Assembly (NCBI GenBank): GCA_002478275.1
Contig: DLMY01000003.1
Location: 25,756 to 89,755, forward strand
Length of the DNA: 64,000 nt
Source: Actinobacteria bacterium UBA7524
GTDB taxonomy: Bacteria > Actinomycetota > Coriobacteriia > Anaerosomatales > UBA912
Reading direction: 5' to 3'
How positions within the stretch are numbered: the stretch's first letter is position 1; each line of letters begins with the position of its first letter. The position numbers and the translations under genes are program-made. The notes beneath the pieces were generated by a model, which did no database searches, had not been told where the DNA came from, and saw only the letters and a list, made by a program, of their open reading frames with translations. Below, piece after piece: positions 26,740 through 36,457 of this stretch.

Positions 26740-28065
26740 TCACCCGGGAGCCGACGCAGCCGTATCCTGCAGCGCTCCAAGCAGTCCCGCGACATTCGGC
26801 GCCACGAACGTCACGTCGAGACCGTCAGCAGCGTCACGTATCTCCTCGGCGCTCATGTCATCGAGTGTGAGGCCATCAGCGTTGAACACGACGTCAGGCA
26901 CGACATATCGCGTCCGCTCGCGGATCGAGTCCGCTGCGATCGCCTCGACCAGGTCCGAGCCGGTCAACAAGCCGGTCACGCTCACGTTCCCCCCGAAGAA
27001 GCGGTTCGGTACCGCCAGCAGCCTCACACGCCCGGCCGCGCCGATGGCCTGAAGCGCTCCCGCGAGTGTCGTGACCGCGAGCATGCCGGTCACGAGCGTC
27101 ACAGAGTCGTTCTCGGGTAGCGCCAGCACGGCGGCTTCCAGCTCCATGCGCAGCTCGATCGCCTCGTCGACGAACGAGCGAACAAGCCCGATACCGTTCT
27201 CATACTGCGGGAATCCGTCGTACCACTCGGTGCGCGGGAAGGGCGCGCGGGCATTGAGGTAGAACTCGTCGGCCAGATGCACCCACGTCGTGCCGTCGCG
27301 CTCGCGCATCGCGAACTGCCAGCGCTGGACCTGCTCAATGACTCGGGCAGCGTCGATCTGCTCCTCGTACGAAGCGCTGAACCGCTTCTGGTGCGCGGTG
27401 TAGCCGAGGGGGACGATACCGACGGACAGCACGCCTTCCCGCTCCGCAAGCCAGGTGAGCGTGCGTTCCAGCACCTCGCCGTCGTCGACCCCGGGAACCA
27501 GCACGATCTGCACGTGCAGGTCGATGCCACCCTCGACGAGCTCGTCGAAGCGCTCGAGAGCCCGGTCTTCCTGCGCGCATATCAGCCGGGTACGCACGTC
27601 CGGGTCGACAACATGCAAGGACACGTAGAGCGGAGAGATCTGCTGCTCTACGATGCGCGCCACATCAGCATCATCGAGATTGGTGAGCGTGATGAAGTTG
27701 CCCTGAAGGAACGACAGGCGAAAATCGTCGTCGCGCAGGTACAGAGCTTCGCGCATCCCCGGCGGCAGTTGCGCCATGAAGCAGAACGCGCAGGCGTTCT
27801 CGCACGTCCTGACGCCATCGAAGACCGCCGAGGAGAACTCGACGCCCCAGCGCTCCCCCGGCTGGCGTGAGAGCGCGACGGGTTCACCCGCTGCTCGGGT
27901 CAGGACGATCTCGTCAGCCGCCGAGTACCAGTGCCAGTCAACTACGTCGGAGAGCTGTTGTCCGTCTACGGTCAGGATGCGATCTCCCGCAGCGATCCCG
28001 GCGTGATCGGCCGGCGATGCCTGCTCCACGCGCACTACGAGCCCTCCTGATGTGACGGCCGCCAC
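26740..28065 (-). CDS. PDZ-domain radical-SAM-type protein (DUF512 family), function unknown
   Basis: N-terminal PDZ-like segment (SPADHAGIAAGDRILTVDGQQL), a CxxxCxxC motif (CENACAFC), and ..LSFLQGNFITLTN...SLHVVDP... then a DUF512-like C-terminal half. Confidence 0.7.
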   Translation of the reverse strand: MAAVTSGGLVVRVEQASPADHAGIAAGDRILTVDGQQLSDVVDWHWYSAADEIVLTRAAGEPVALSRQPGERWGVEFSSAVFDGVRTCENACAFCFMAQLPPGMREALYLRDDDFRLSFLQGNFITLTNLDDADVARIVEQQISPLYVSLHVVDPDVRTRLICAQEDRALERFDELVEGGIDLHVQIVLVPGVDDGEVLERTLTWLAEREGVLSVGIVPLGYTAHQKRFSASYEEQIDAARVIEQVQRWQFAMRERDGTTWVHLADEFYLNARAPFPRTEWYDGFPQYENGIGLVRSFVDEAIELRMELEAAVLALPENDSVTLVTGMLAVTTLAGALQAIGAAGRVRLLAVPNRFFGGNVSVTGLLTGSDLVEAIAADSIRERTRYVVPDVVFNADGLTLDDMSAEEIRDAADGLDVTFVAPNVAGLLGALQDTAASAPG

Positions 28066-28066
28066 C

Positions 28067-28900
28067 TCAGCCCAACGCCTCGATCGCAGCGATCACGCCA
28101 CGCATCTGCTTGTCCGGCGTCGACGCGCCCGCCGTCACACCGACCGTCTCCGCACCCTCGAACCACGCCGGATCGAGTTCATCGGCCGTCTCGACGTGAT
28201 GGGTGCGCGGGTTCACCGCGGTACAGATCTCCGCGAGCCGCGTGGTGTTGCCGGAGTTGTGGCCTCCGACGATCACGACGACGTCCACCTCCTGCGCGAG
28301 CTCCTCGGCGGACATCTGGCGCTTCGCTGTGGCCGAGCAGACGGTGTTGAATACGCGAAGCTCCCTGACCTGCGGCAAGACCGCGTCCACGACTTCGCGC
28401 AGTCTCGAAGCGGACTGCGTCGTCTGCACGACGATCCCCACCTTACGTGACGGCAGCTTCGTTGGAAGCTCGCTCGCCGACTGGACGACGACCGCCTCCC
28501 CGCCCGCGTGCGCCATGATGCCTTCGACCTCGGGATGGTCGGCCTCTCCTACGATCAGCACGGCGTAACCGCCTTGCGCGAGCATGCGAGCGGCCTCGTG
28601 CGCCTTGCTCACGTGCGGACACGTGGCATCCACGACTGCGAGTCCCTTCTCGGCTGCCGCGGTGATGATGGCCGGATCGACGCCGTGCGAACGGATGACC
28701 AGAGTGCCTGCATCGACCTCATCCAGACAGCCCGCGACGGCGACGCCGGCGTCTTTGAGCTCGGCAACCGCCTGCGGGTTGTGGATCAGCGGACCCAGCG
28801 TGTGTACCGTAGCTCCACTGGAAGCGGCCTCCTGCGCCATCTCGAGCGCCCGCTCGACCCCGTAACACACACCGGCGAACCGGGCGACCTGTACACGCAT
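28067..28900 (-). CDS. ispH: 4-hydroxy-3-methylbut-2-enyl diphosphate reductase
   Basis: MRVQVARFAGVCYGVERA..GPLIHNPQ...DATCPHVSK.H..VVGGHNSGNT. ATG at 28900 after GGAAGGAGGG. Confidence 0.9.
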   Translation of the reverse strand: MRVQVARFAGVCYGVERALEMAQEAASSGATVHTLGPLIHNPQAVAELKDAGVAVAGCLDEVDAGTLVIRSHGVDPAIITAAAEKGLAVVDATCPHVSKAHEAARMLAQGGYAVLIVGEADHPEVEGIMAHAGGEAVVVQSASELPTKLPSRKVGIVVQTTQSASRLREVVDAVLPQVRELRVFNTVCSATAKRQMSAEELAQEVDVVVIVGGHNSGNTTRLAEICTAVNPRTHHVETADELDPAWFEGAETVGVTAGASTPDKQMRGVIAAIEALG

Positions 28901-28945
28901 GGGACCCTCCTTCCAAGTTGCCAGCCGCGACACCGCCGCGGGACG

Positions 28946-29608
28946 TCAGCTGCCCTGTCGGGCTGCGCGCGCCTCACCGAGCTGGGCCGCGATGCGCCGC
29001 ATCACCTCGGCCGTCATCGATTCTACTCGCTCCCTGCGGCCTCCGCTCCCGAACATCGCAGGATCGATCGGTTCGCCGAAGGCTATCACGATGCGCGGGA
29101 AGCGCACGCGCCGGCTACCGGCGGGACGGATCTCGTCTGTCCCCGCTATCCCGACCGGCACAACGGGCACCCCAGCGCGCATCGCGATGAACGCGACCCC
29201 CTGTTGCGCCTCAGCGCTACCGTCGCGGTTGCGCGTTCCCTCCGGGAAGATGCCCACCAGCTCACCCGCGCTCAGCAAAGCGGTGGCTGTCTGGATGGCT
29301 TCACGGTCGGGAGTACCCCGCACCACCGGGAACGCCCACAGCCTGTCCAGTGCCCAGCCGAGCCATCCGGTGCGCCACAACTCGCTCTTGGCCATGAAGT
29401 GTACCCGCCGAGGAGCCCCGCACCACAGCAGCACGGGATCGCCGTACGAAACATGGTTTCCGGCCAGTATCGCCCCGCTGACCGGTACGTTCTCGACACC
29501 GAGGAAACGCACCCGGAAGAGCGCCAGGGCGACCCGACCGGCTGTCGCTCGCACGAAGCGAGCCATCCGGAACGTGTGAGCGGGGCGCAGAGGGTCGGGG
29601 CGGGTCAC
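28946..29608 (-). CDS. plsC: 1-acyl-sn-glycerol-3-phosphate acyltransferase
   Basis: ..ILAGNHVSYGDPVLL...IFPEGTRNRDG. These are the HX4D-type (here NHVSYGD) and FPEGTR blocks. Confidence 0.85.
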   Translation of the reverse strand: MTRPDPLRPAHTFRMARFVRATAGRVALALFRVRFLGVENVPVSGAILAGNHVSYGDPVLLWCGAPRRVHFMAKSELWRTGWLGWALDRLWAFPVVRGTPDREAIQTATALLSAGELVGIFPEGTRNRDGSAEAQQGVAFIAMRAGVPVVPVGIAGTDEIRPAGSRRVRFPRIVIAFGEPIDPAMFGSGGRRERVESMTAEVMRRIAAQLGEARAARQGS

Positions 29609-30273
29609 CGCGCCTCCTCGACGAGCGCTACCAGCGTTTCGATGACCTGGTCGACGCTCAAGTCGGTCGTATCGACCACACGGGCGTCCGCCGCGGCGGC
29701 CAGCGGCCCCGCTTCGCGACTCATGTCGGCGCCATCTCTCGCGATGATGCCGTCGAAGACTGCTTCGGCCTCGATAGACTCCCCGCGAGCCGCGAGTTCC
29801 GTGTAGCGGCGCTTCGATCTCTCCTCGGCGGACGCGGTCAGGTAGATCTTCACGTCAGCGTCGGGAAAGACGACCGTCCCGATGTCCCGGCCTTCCGCGA
29901 CGAGGTCGTCGCCTTCGCCAAGGACGCGCTGCTGGGCGACCATCGCCTCACGAACGCGTGGCATGCGAGCGACAAGCGAGACCGCCTCGTCGATCTCAGG
30001 CGTGCGGATATCGATGGTCACATCGTCGCCGTCGAGCATCACGCGCGTGGGGATCGACGCACCGTCCTCATGAACGAACACGATGGACGATGTCGCGGCG
30101 AGCCGTGCGATGGCAGGTTCGTCGTCGAGAGACACGCCATGGCGCTTGGCGGCAAGAGCGACGCTGCGGTACATAGCACCCGTGTCGAGATAGTGCATGC
30201 CCAGCCATTCCGCGAGACGGCGCGCGACGGTGGACTTGCCCGACCCGGCGGGCCCGTCGATGGCTACGATCAT
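29605..30273 (-). CDS. cmk: Cytidylate kinase
   Basis: MIVAIDGPAGSGKSTVARRLA..LDTGAMYR..GRDIGTVVFPDA..K.YLTAS.EERS.RR. Confidence 0.92.
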   Translation of the reverse strand: MIVAIDGPAGSGKSTVARRLAEWLGMHYLDTGAMYRSVALAAKRHGVSLDDEPAIARLAATSSIVFVHEDGASIPTRVMLDGDDVTIDIRTPEIDEAVSLVARMPRVREAMVAQQRVLGEGDDLVAEGRDIGTVVFPDADVKIYLTASAEERSKRRYTELAARGESIEAEAVFDGIIARDGADMSREAGPLAAAADARVVDTTDLSVDQVIETLVALVEEAR

Positions 30274-31637
30274 CGTGAGTTCTCCTCGGCGGTGTTGACG
30301 GTGGTGAGTCGGAACAGGTCCTCCAGGAAGGTCGGGTACGAGACCTCCACGGCTTCGAAGCGGTCGATACTCACCGGGCCTGCCGCAGCCAACCCCGCGA
30401 TCGCCCAGGCCATCGCAAGGCGGTGGTCGCCGAGCGAGTCGAGTGTGGCGGATGTGAACGCTGCGGGCGCCGTCGGAGCACCCAGGCCGGAGATCTCGAG
30501 CACTTCACCTTCAACGGCGACGTCGACCCCGAGCAGGCTGAATCCCGCGCGAATGGCCTCAAGACGGTCGCTCTCTTTGACCCGAAGCTCCCCGACTCCC
30601 TCGAAACGCGAGATTCCCTGCGCTGCCGCGGCGGCCACCGCCAGTATCGGTATCTCGTCGACGAGCGAGGGGACTTCTGCAGCGGTCACCGTGACGGGAC
30701 TCAGGACGCCCGCGTGCGAGATCGTGACCGTGCCCGCGGGCTCACCCGCGATCGAATCGGCATCGGGCTCGATGTCGACAGCTGCGCCCATGCGTTCGAG
30801 CACGCGCAGGAAGCCCGTCCGCCCGGGATTCAGGCCCACGTGTGGCAGAACGACCTCGCTTCCCGGCACGAGCGCGGCGGCAACGGCCATGAACGCGGCC
30901 GAGGAAGGATCCGACGGCACGGCGACGTCGGCGGCGCGAAGTCCCGCCGGCCCGTCCACCCAGGCGCTGAGCAGCTGCGGCGAGCGTCCGACGTCCACCC
31001 CGAAGGCGGGCAGCATGCGCTCGGTATGATCGCGACTGAGTGCGGGTTCGGTGACGACGGTCCTGCCCTGAGCGCGCAGTCCGGCAAGCAAGACAGCGCT
31101 CTTGACCTGAGCGCTCGCGACCGGAGATGTGTACTCGACACCGGCAAGAGCGCCGCCATGCACGGTCACGGGCAGGTGGCCCTGATCGGTCTCGAAACGG
31201 GCGCCCATCGACTCGAGCGGGTCGGTCACACGCCGCATCGGCCGGGTCGAGAGTGACTCATCACCTGTGAGGGTGACGGTCCCCGGCCACCCAGCGAGCA
31301 CGCCGAGCAGAAGCCTGGCGGTGGTACCACTGTTCCCGCAGTCGATAGGCTCCGTCGGCGCAAGCGGACCACGTGCGCCCCAACCGGTGATCACAAGGTC
31401 CAGACCACCGCCGGTCGGCGCCGCCTCAGAACAGTCCGCGAAGCGCACATCAGCGCCGAGCGCCGTGACCGCAGCGATCGTCGAGCGCACATCAGCGCTG
31501 TCCAGCGCTCCGGTGATACGCGAGGTACCCTGGGCCATCGCGGCGAACAGGACGGCGCGGTGCGAGATGGACTTGTCGGAAGGAACGCCTAGCGTGCCTC
31601 TCAGCGGACGTGTCGCAGCCTGGATGTCGACCTTCAC
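30270..31637 (-). CDS. aroA: 3-phosphoshikimate 1-carboxyvinyltransferase (EPSP synthase)
   Basis: ..PSDKSISHRA..CGNSGTTARLL.G..LTGDESL..RPM..D.RLAMA. Confidence 0.92.
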   Translation of the reverse strand: MKVDIQAATRPLRGTLGVPSDKSISHRAVLFAAMAQGTSRITGALDSADVRSTIAAVTALGADVRFADCSEAAPTGGGLDLVITGWGARGPLAPTEPIDCGNSGTTARLLLGVLAGWPGTVTLTGDESLSTRPMRRVTDPLESMGARFETDQGHLPVTVHGGALAGVEYTSPVASAQVKSAVLLAGLRAQGRTVVTEPALSRDHTERMLPAFGVDVGRSPQLLSAWVDGPAGLRAADVAVPSDPSSAAFMAVAAALVPGSEVVLPHVGLNPGRTGFLRVLERMGAAVDIEPDADSIAGEPAGTVTISHAGVLSPVTVTAAEVPSLVDEIPILAVAAAAAQGISRFEGVGELRVKESDRLEAIRAGFSLLGVDVAVEGEVLEISGLGAPTAPAAFTSATLDSLGDHRLAMAWAIAGLAAAGPVSIDRFEAVEVSYPTFLEDLFRLTTVNTAEENSR

Positions 31638-31644
31638 GGGCAGA

Positions 31645-32787
31645 TCACTCCATCTGGTCGAGCGGGCGGGTCCTGGGCTGATATCCCCTGGCCGTCAGGT
31701 CCTCGACAAGCCGGTCGATGTCGCCTTCGTCCGTGAGCACCAGCACGAGCAACGCGCTGTCCTCGGACTGGTGATCGATCTCGATAGCCTCGATGTTGCA
31801 GCCCGCGCGGCCGACGGCCGAGGTGACCTCGCTCACCACACCCGGACGGTCGAGTACGGGGATGACCATCTCCGTCAGACGCTCGGTAGCGGGGACCCAC
31901 TGTGCGGGCAATGCACGCCGGACGTCCGCCGCATGAGCAAGCCAGCCCCTGACCGCATCGGCATCGCGCTCGCGGACCATCGAGGCGAAACGTCCAAGGA
32001 CGCCACACAGCTCATCGAGGCCCTCGGCGAGCGCATCGGCGTTGTCCAGACAGATGCCCGTCCACAGATCGGGACTGCCCGCCGCGATGCGCGTGGTGTC
32101 CTTGAACCCGCCGGCAGCGAGTCGAAGCAGCTCGTCACCTTGTCCCGCATGCGCTTTGGCAAGATCCACGAGCGCCGAAGCCGTGACATGAGGCACATGG
32201 CTGATGATGGCGACAGCCTCGTCGTGATCGTGGGCATCGACGGATATGACCCGCGCACCGAGCTTGCCGAGGAACGAATGAAGGCGCCGGTAGGCGTCCA
32301 TGTCGGTGTTGTGCGTGGGTGCCAGCACGTAATACGCACCGTCGAACAGGTCGGCGCGAGCTGCCGCGACACCGCTGGCCTCGGAACCGGCCATAGGATG
32401 TCCGCCGATGAACGCCGCCGCAGAGGCAAGGTTCTCCTCGGCGGCCTTGATGACAGCCTGCTTGGTCGACGCGACATCGGTGACCACCCCTGCAAAGCCG
32501 CTGTCACCGAGCTGACCGAGCCACTCGACACTGGTCGCAGCGGGAGTCGCGAGTACCACGAGATCGAAGGGAGACGACGCGCCGAACCAGCCTGCGTCGA
32601 TCGCGGCCTGGGGACCAGCTCCTTCGTCTATGAAGCCTGCATCCCGTGCGAACGACAGCGCATCGCCGTCAGGATCGACACCTGCGACATGTGGGGGCGT
32701 CTCGAGTCGCTTGCATGCGGCGGCGAACGACCCGCCGATCAGTCCGACGCCCACGACACATATCGCTCCGAACCGCACGTCGTTCAC
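31645..32787 (-). CDS. tyrA: Prephenate dehydrogenase with a C-terminal ACT domain
   Basis: ..ICVVGVGLIGGSFAAA...GGHPMAGSE..SHVPH... with an ACT-like C-terminal part. The GTG at 32787 overlaps the upstream stop (GTGA). Confidence 0.85.
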   Translation of the reverse strand: MNDVRFGAICVVGVGLIGGSFAAACKRLETPPHVAGVDPDGDALSFARDAGFIDEGAGPQAAIDAGWFGASSPFDLVVLATPAATSVEWLGQLGDSGFAGVVTDVASTKQAVIKAAEENLASAAAFIGGHPMAGSEASGVAAARADLFDGAYYVLAPTHNTDMDAYRRLHSFLGKLGARVISVDAHDHDEAVAIISHVPHVTASALVDLAKAHAGQGDELLRLAAGGFKDTTRIAAGSPDLWTGICLDNADALAEGLDELCGVLGRFASMVRERDADAVRGWLAHAADVRRALPAQWVPATERLTEMVIPVLDRPGVVSEVTSAVGRAGCNIEAIEIDHQSEDSALLVLVLTDEGDIDRLVEDLTARGYQPRTRPLDQME

Positions 32788-33812
32788 TCCTCCCACCCGA
32801 GATGGGAGCCCTGCATCTCGATCAGCGGGGTGATGTCCGCCATCATCGCCGCGAAGGCCTCGGGAAGCAGCGACTGGGGCCCGTCGCACTTGGCGCGCTC
32901 GGGATCCGGGTGTACCTCGATCATGAGACCGTCAGCGCCTGATGCTATGGCGGCACGGGCCATCACAGCGACCAGGTCGCGACGGCCGGTGGCATGCGAG
33001 GGATCCGCGATCACCGGAAGGTGCGTGAGCCCGTGCAGCGCGGCGATCGCGGACAGATCCAGGGTGTTCCGGGTGTAGGTCTCGAACGTCCTGATACCCC
33101 GCTCGCACAGGATGAGGTCGCGATTCCCGCCTTTCAGCACGTATTCGGCGGCTGAGAGTACCTCTTCGATGGTGGCCGAGAGTCCACGCTTGAGCAGAAC
33201 CGGCTTGCCCATCTTGCCCAGCTCATCGAGCATCATGAAGTTCTGCATGTTGCGCGCGCCGACCTGGAGCACGTCGGCCCACTCGGCCACGGTATCGGCG
33301 TCGCGCACGTCGAGCACCTCGGTCACGACGGGCAGCTCGACCGAATCGGCGGCCTCGCGCATCATCTTGAGCCCCTCGACACCCAGGCCCTGGAACGCGT
33401 ACGGGCTGGTGCGCGGTTTGTACGCTCCCCCGCGCAGCATCGTCGCACCGGCGGCGCGGCACGCGCGAGCGACTTCGTTCATCTGCTCCGATGACTCAAC
33501 GGAGCACGGGCCAGCCATGACGGCGACGGCTCCGCCGCCGATCACGGAATGCGGACCGATGCGCACGACGGTGTCATCGGGCTGGAACTCGCGCGAGACG
33601 AGCTTGTAAGGCTTGAGTACCCGGATGACTTCCTCGACGCCGGGTAGCCCCTGAAGCTCCAGCGCATAGACGACCTCACGGTCCCCTATCACACCGATGA
33701 TGGTCTTGACCTCGCCTCCGGACAGATGCGCCTGCGCACCTGCCTCTTCGAGCATCTCTACGACGTGGTCGATCTCGCTGCGGGACGCGTGGTCCCTCAT
33801 GATCACAAGCAT
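32784..33812 (-). CDS. 3-deoxy-7-phosphoheptulonate (DAHP) synthase, type I-beta, with an N-terminal regulatory domain
   Basis: N-terminal ferredoxin-like domain (MLVIMRDHASRSEIDHVVEMLEE..), then ..VMAGPCSVES..GA.MLRGGAYKPRTSPY.FQG...KRG...DPSH..G. Confidence 0.88.
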   Translation of the reverse strand: MLVIMRDHASRSEIDHVVEMLEEAGAQAHLSGGEVKTIIGVIGDREVVYALELQGLPGVEEVIRVLKPYKLVSREFQPDDTVVRIGPHSVIGGGAVAVMAGPCSVESSEQMNEVARACRAAGATMLRGGAYKPRTSPYAFQGLGVEGLKMMREAADSVELPVVTEVLDVRDADTVAEWADVLQVGARNMQNFMMLDELGKMGKPVLLKRGLSATIEEVLSAAEYVLKGGNRDLILCERGIRTFETYTRNTLDLSAIAALHGLTHLPVIADPSHATGRRDLVAVMARAAIASGADGLMIEVHPDPERAKCDGPQSLLPEAFAAMMADITPLIEMQGSHLGWEE

Positions 33813-33875
33813 CTTGACCCACTCCCCTGTCCTCCGGCGCCCTCTCCTGCATGTCGCCGGGACACCGGGAAGGCT

Positions 33876-34976
33876 CTATATCACTCCCAGCTCAGCGGCG
33901 ACCGCTTCGAAGGCGGCGATCGTCATCATAGTATCCTCGTCGGTGCCGACGCCCACCCGCAAAGCAGGCGCATTACCGAAGTCACGTACGATCACACCCT
34001 CCTGCAGGAGGGCTTCGAAGACTTCGACCGGCCTGTCCGTCTTGAAGTACACGAAGTTCGCCTCAGACGGAACGTACTCGACACCGAGCCGGTCGAAGCC
34101 CTCATAGAGGTAGGTCTTCTGCTCTTGGTTCTCCCTCTTGCGGCGTTCGACCTCGGCGTCATCGGCCAGCGAGTAATACGCGGCGATCTGGGCCACCGAG
34201 TTGACATTGAACGGCTCGCGAAGCTTCTCGATCGCGGCAGCAAGCGGAGCAGGCACGATCCCGTAACCGATCCGCAGTCCTGCGAGCGAGTAGATCTTCG
34301 AGAAAGTACGAAGCGAACAGAGCGGCCGCTTGCCGTCGAAGTACTGCAGCGCGTCGGGATAGTGCTCCTCGGTCACGAACTCGAAGTACGCCTCATCGAC
34401 GACGACGAGCACATGGTCGGGCACCCGCTCCAAGAAGCGCTCGAAAGCGATCCTATGATAGATCGTGCCGGTCGGGTTGTTGGGGTTGCACAAGAACATC
34501 AGACGGGTCTTCTCGGTCACCGCAGCGAGCATAGCGTCGAGGTCGTGAACGTCGTCCTCGGTAAGCGGCACGCGTACGGCGGTGGCGCCGAACATCTGCG
34601 TGACCATGGGGTAGACCACGAAGCTCGGCCAGGCGAACACGACCTCGTCACCCGGACGCAGAACAGCCTGTGCGATCAGGCGAAGGAGCTCATTGGACCC
34701 ATTGCCAAGTACGAGGTTCTCCCTGTCGACCCCGAGTCTCTTGCGTAGTCTCAGCTTCAGTGCCCGCCCCGCCCCGTCCGGATAACGGTTGAGTCTCGGT
34801 GCCACGGCCTCGATCGCCCGCAAAGCCGACGGAAACGGCCCACAAGGATGCTCGTTGCTGGAGAGCTTGAGGATGACCTCTTTGCCGGAACGCTTGCGGA
34901 CCTCGCTCGCACGCAGACCCGGCGCGTAAGGCACCATCGGGTCGAGTTCCTCGCGTATGAACGTGTCCTGATCCAC
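33876..34976 (-). CDS. hisC: Histidinol-phosphate / aromatic aminotransferase (class II PLP)
   Basis: ..LSSNEHPCGP..YPDG....CNPNNPTG...DEAY.EF...RTFSKIYSLAGLRIGY. GTG at 34976 after AGGGAGGA. Its place in an aro/tyr cluster suggests a role in aromatic amino acid synthesis. Confidence 0.85.
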   Translation of the reverse strand: MDQDTFIREELDPMVPYAPGLRASEVRKRSGKEVILKLSSNEHPCGPFPSALRAIEAVAPRLNRYPDGAGRALKLRLRKRLGVDRENLVLGNGSNELLRLIAQAVLRPGDEVVFAWPSFVVYPMVTQMFGATAVRVPLTEDDVHDLDAMLAAVTEKTRLMFLCNPNNPTGTIYHRIAFERFLERVPDHVLVVVDEAYFEFVTEEHYPDALQYFDGKRPLCSLRTFSKIYSLAGLRIGYGIVPAPLAAAIEKLREPFNVNSVAQIAAYYSLADDAEVERRKRENQEQKTYLYEGFDRLGVEYVPSEANFVYFKTDRPVEVFEALLQEGVIVRDFGNAPALRVGVGTDEDTMMTIAAFEAVAAELGVI

Positions 34977-35067
34977 CTGACGTCCTCCCTTGCGTTGCGA
35001 TGGATTGTCGCAGGAAGCGCCGTGACGGGCAAGGCGGCAACGGTCGTCGCTCGACCTGCGACCGCTG

Positions 35068-35661
35068 CTATCCGACGGTGCGGAACTCGACCAGGCGACC
35101 GCGCTCGTCGAGCAACTCGACCTGAGCGACACATCCATTGTCGATCTGAAACGCCCATATCGCGCTGATGGGCAACTCCAGCAGGTAGACGAGCGCCGAG
35201 CGCAGCACCCCGCCGTGGGTCACGATCGCGATCCTGTCCTCCGGTTCGGTGAGGATCTCGTCGATCGCGCGAGACGTGCGACGCAGGATGTCGCGCCTGG
35301 ACTCCCCGCCGGGAGCGACCGGCCTGTGCTCGGATGCGAAATCGAATGTGACACCCTGCTCGATGGCTTCCGCGTACGTCAGCCCCTCGGCCTGGCCGAA
35401 GTCCAACTCGGTGAGACGATCGTCGACGCGGGCGGTGAGTCCCGTGTCGGTCGCCGCCCGGCCCGCAACGATGGCTGCGCGCTCGAGCGGACTCGTCCAG
35501 ATGACCTGCGGAGCGAAATCGTGTATCGCCGAGGAGAGCAGGGCGATCTGGCGGATCCCCCTCGGGGTCAGCGGTGTGTCTCCTCGGCCGACATAGCACC
35601 CCTCGATGTTCGCGGTGGTCTCGGGATGGCGGACCAGCAGTATGCGTCTGACCCGTATCAC
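35068..35661 (-). CDS. cobC: Histidine-phosphatase-family protein, probable alpha-ribazole phosphatase
   Basis: ILLVRHPETTAN..GRGDTPLTPRG..SPLERA...VTHGGVLR. It directly follows cobS (GTGA overlap). Confidence 0.75.
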   Translation of the reverse strand: MIRVRRILLVRHPETTANIEGCYVGRGDTPLTPRGIRQIALLSSAIHDFAPQVIWTSPLERAAIVAGRAATDTGLTARVDDRLTELDFGQAEGLTYAEAIEQGVTFDFASEHRPVAPGGESRRDILRRTSRAIDEILTEPEDRIAIVTHGGVLRSALVYLLELPISAIWAFQIDNGCVAQVELLDERGRLVEFRTVG

Positions 35662-36443
35662 CAGCTCACCCACAACGCCATAAGCAGCGACACGGAGACC
35701 TCCGTCACAACGACTCCCGCACCGAGAACGTCACCGGTCACACCGCCCAGCTTCGAAGCGACGATGTGCGGGACCGCAAGCGCGATCAGTATCCCTGCAG
35801 CAAGGAGCGCGCCTGCTGCAAGCCCCCCGGCGAAGTACATCACGGCTGCCGCAGCAGCCAGCCAGAAGATGCCGAGCGCGATGGCGCCCAGCCGCGGTGA
35901 AGCGATGACGCGTGCCCCGAGGCCCCCTGGTCGAGCGGGAGAGCCGAACCATGCGCCGAACATCGCGGACGCGCGTCCAAGGGCAGGTACAGCCGCGAGG
36001 AGCCAGAGCCAGGTCATCGAGCCGTCGCGCGCGGACGCCGCGAGCACGGTCGCGATGCCGGCGACCTGCCCGATGACCAGAAGTGCGACCGCCGTCGCGC
36101 CAAAGGCGCCTGTGGCGCTGTCATTCATGATCTCGAGACGTCGCCCGGGTGTGGCGCCGCCCCAAAGTGCGTCGGCGACGTCGGCCGCCCCATCGTAGTG
36201 AAGCATCCTCGTGACCGCCGCCCACGCGAGCGTGACAAGCACGGCGAGCGGCACCGCCGCATGGCCGAAGAAACCGGCTGAGCCCCACTTCGCGACAGCA
36301 CCCGCCAGCGCGACGAGAAGGGCAGATGTCAGACCGCCGATACACAATCCCACGAACGGGAACCAGGGCACGGACCCGGCGTCAGGCGGCGCTGCATCAC
36401 GAGAGCCGGGGACGATGGTCAGCAGCGCGAAAGCGCTCCACAT
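35658..36443 (-). CDS. cobS: Adenosylcobinamide-GDP ribazoletransferase (cobalamin synthase)
   Basis: MWSAFALLTIVPG.. polytopic membrane protein with ..KLGGVTGDVLGA. The track ORF is over-extended upstream; the ATG at 36443 was chosen. Confidence 0.85.
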   Translation of the reverse strand: MWSAFALLTIVPGSRDAAPPDAGSVPWFPFVGLCIGGLTSALLVALAGAVAKWGSAGFFGHAAVPLAVLVTLAWAAVTRMLHYDGAADVADALWGGATPGRRLEIMNDSATGAFGATAVALLVIGQVAGIATVLAASARDGSMTWLWLLAAVPALGRASAMFGAWFGSPARPGGLGARVIASPRLGAIALGIFWLAAAAAVMYFAGGLAAGALLAAGILIALAVPHIVASKLGGVTGDVLGAGVVVTEVSVSLLMALWVSW

Positions 36444-36457
36444 GTCCGAAAGCACTC

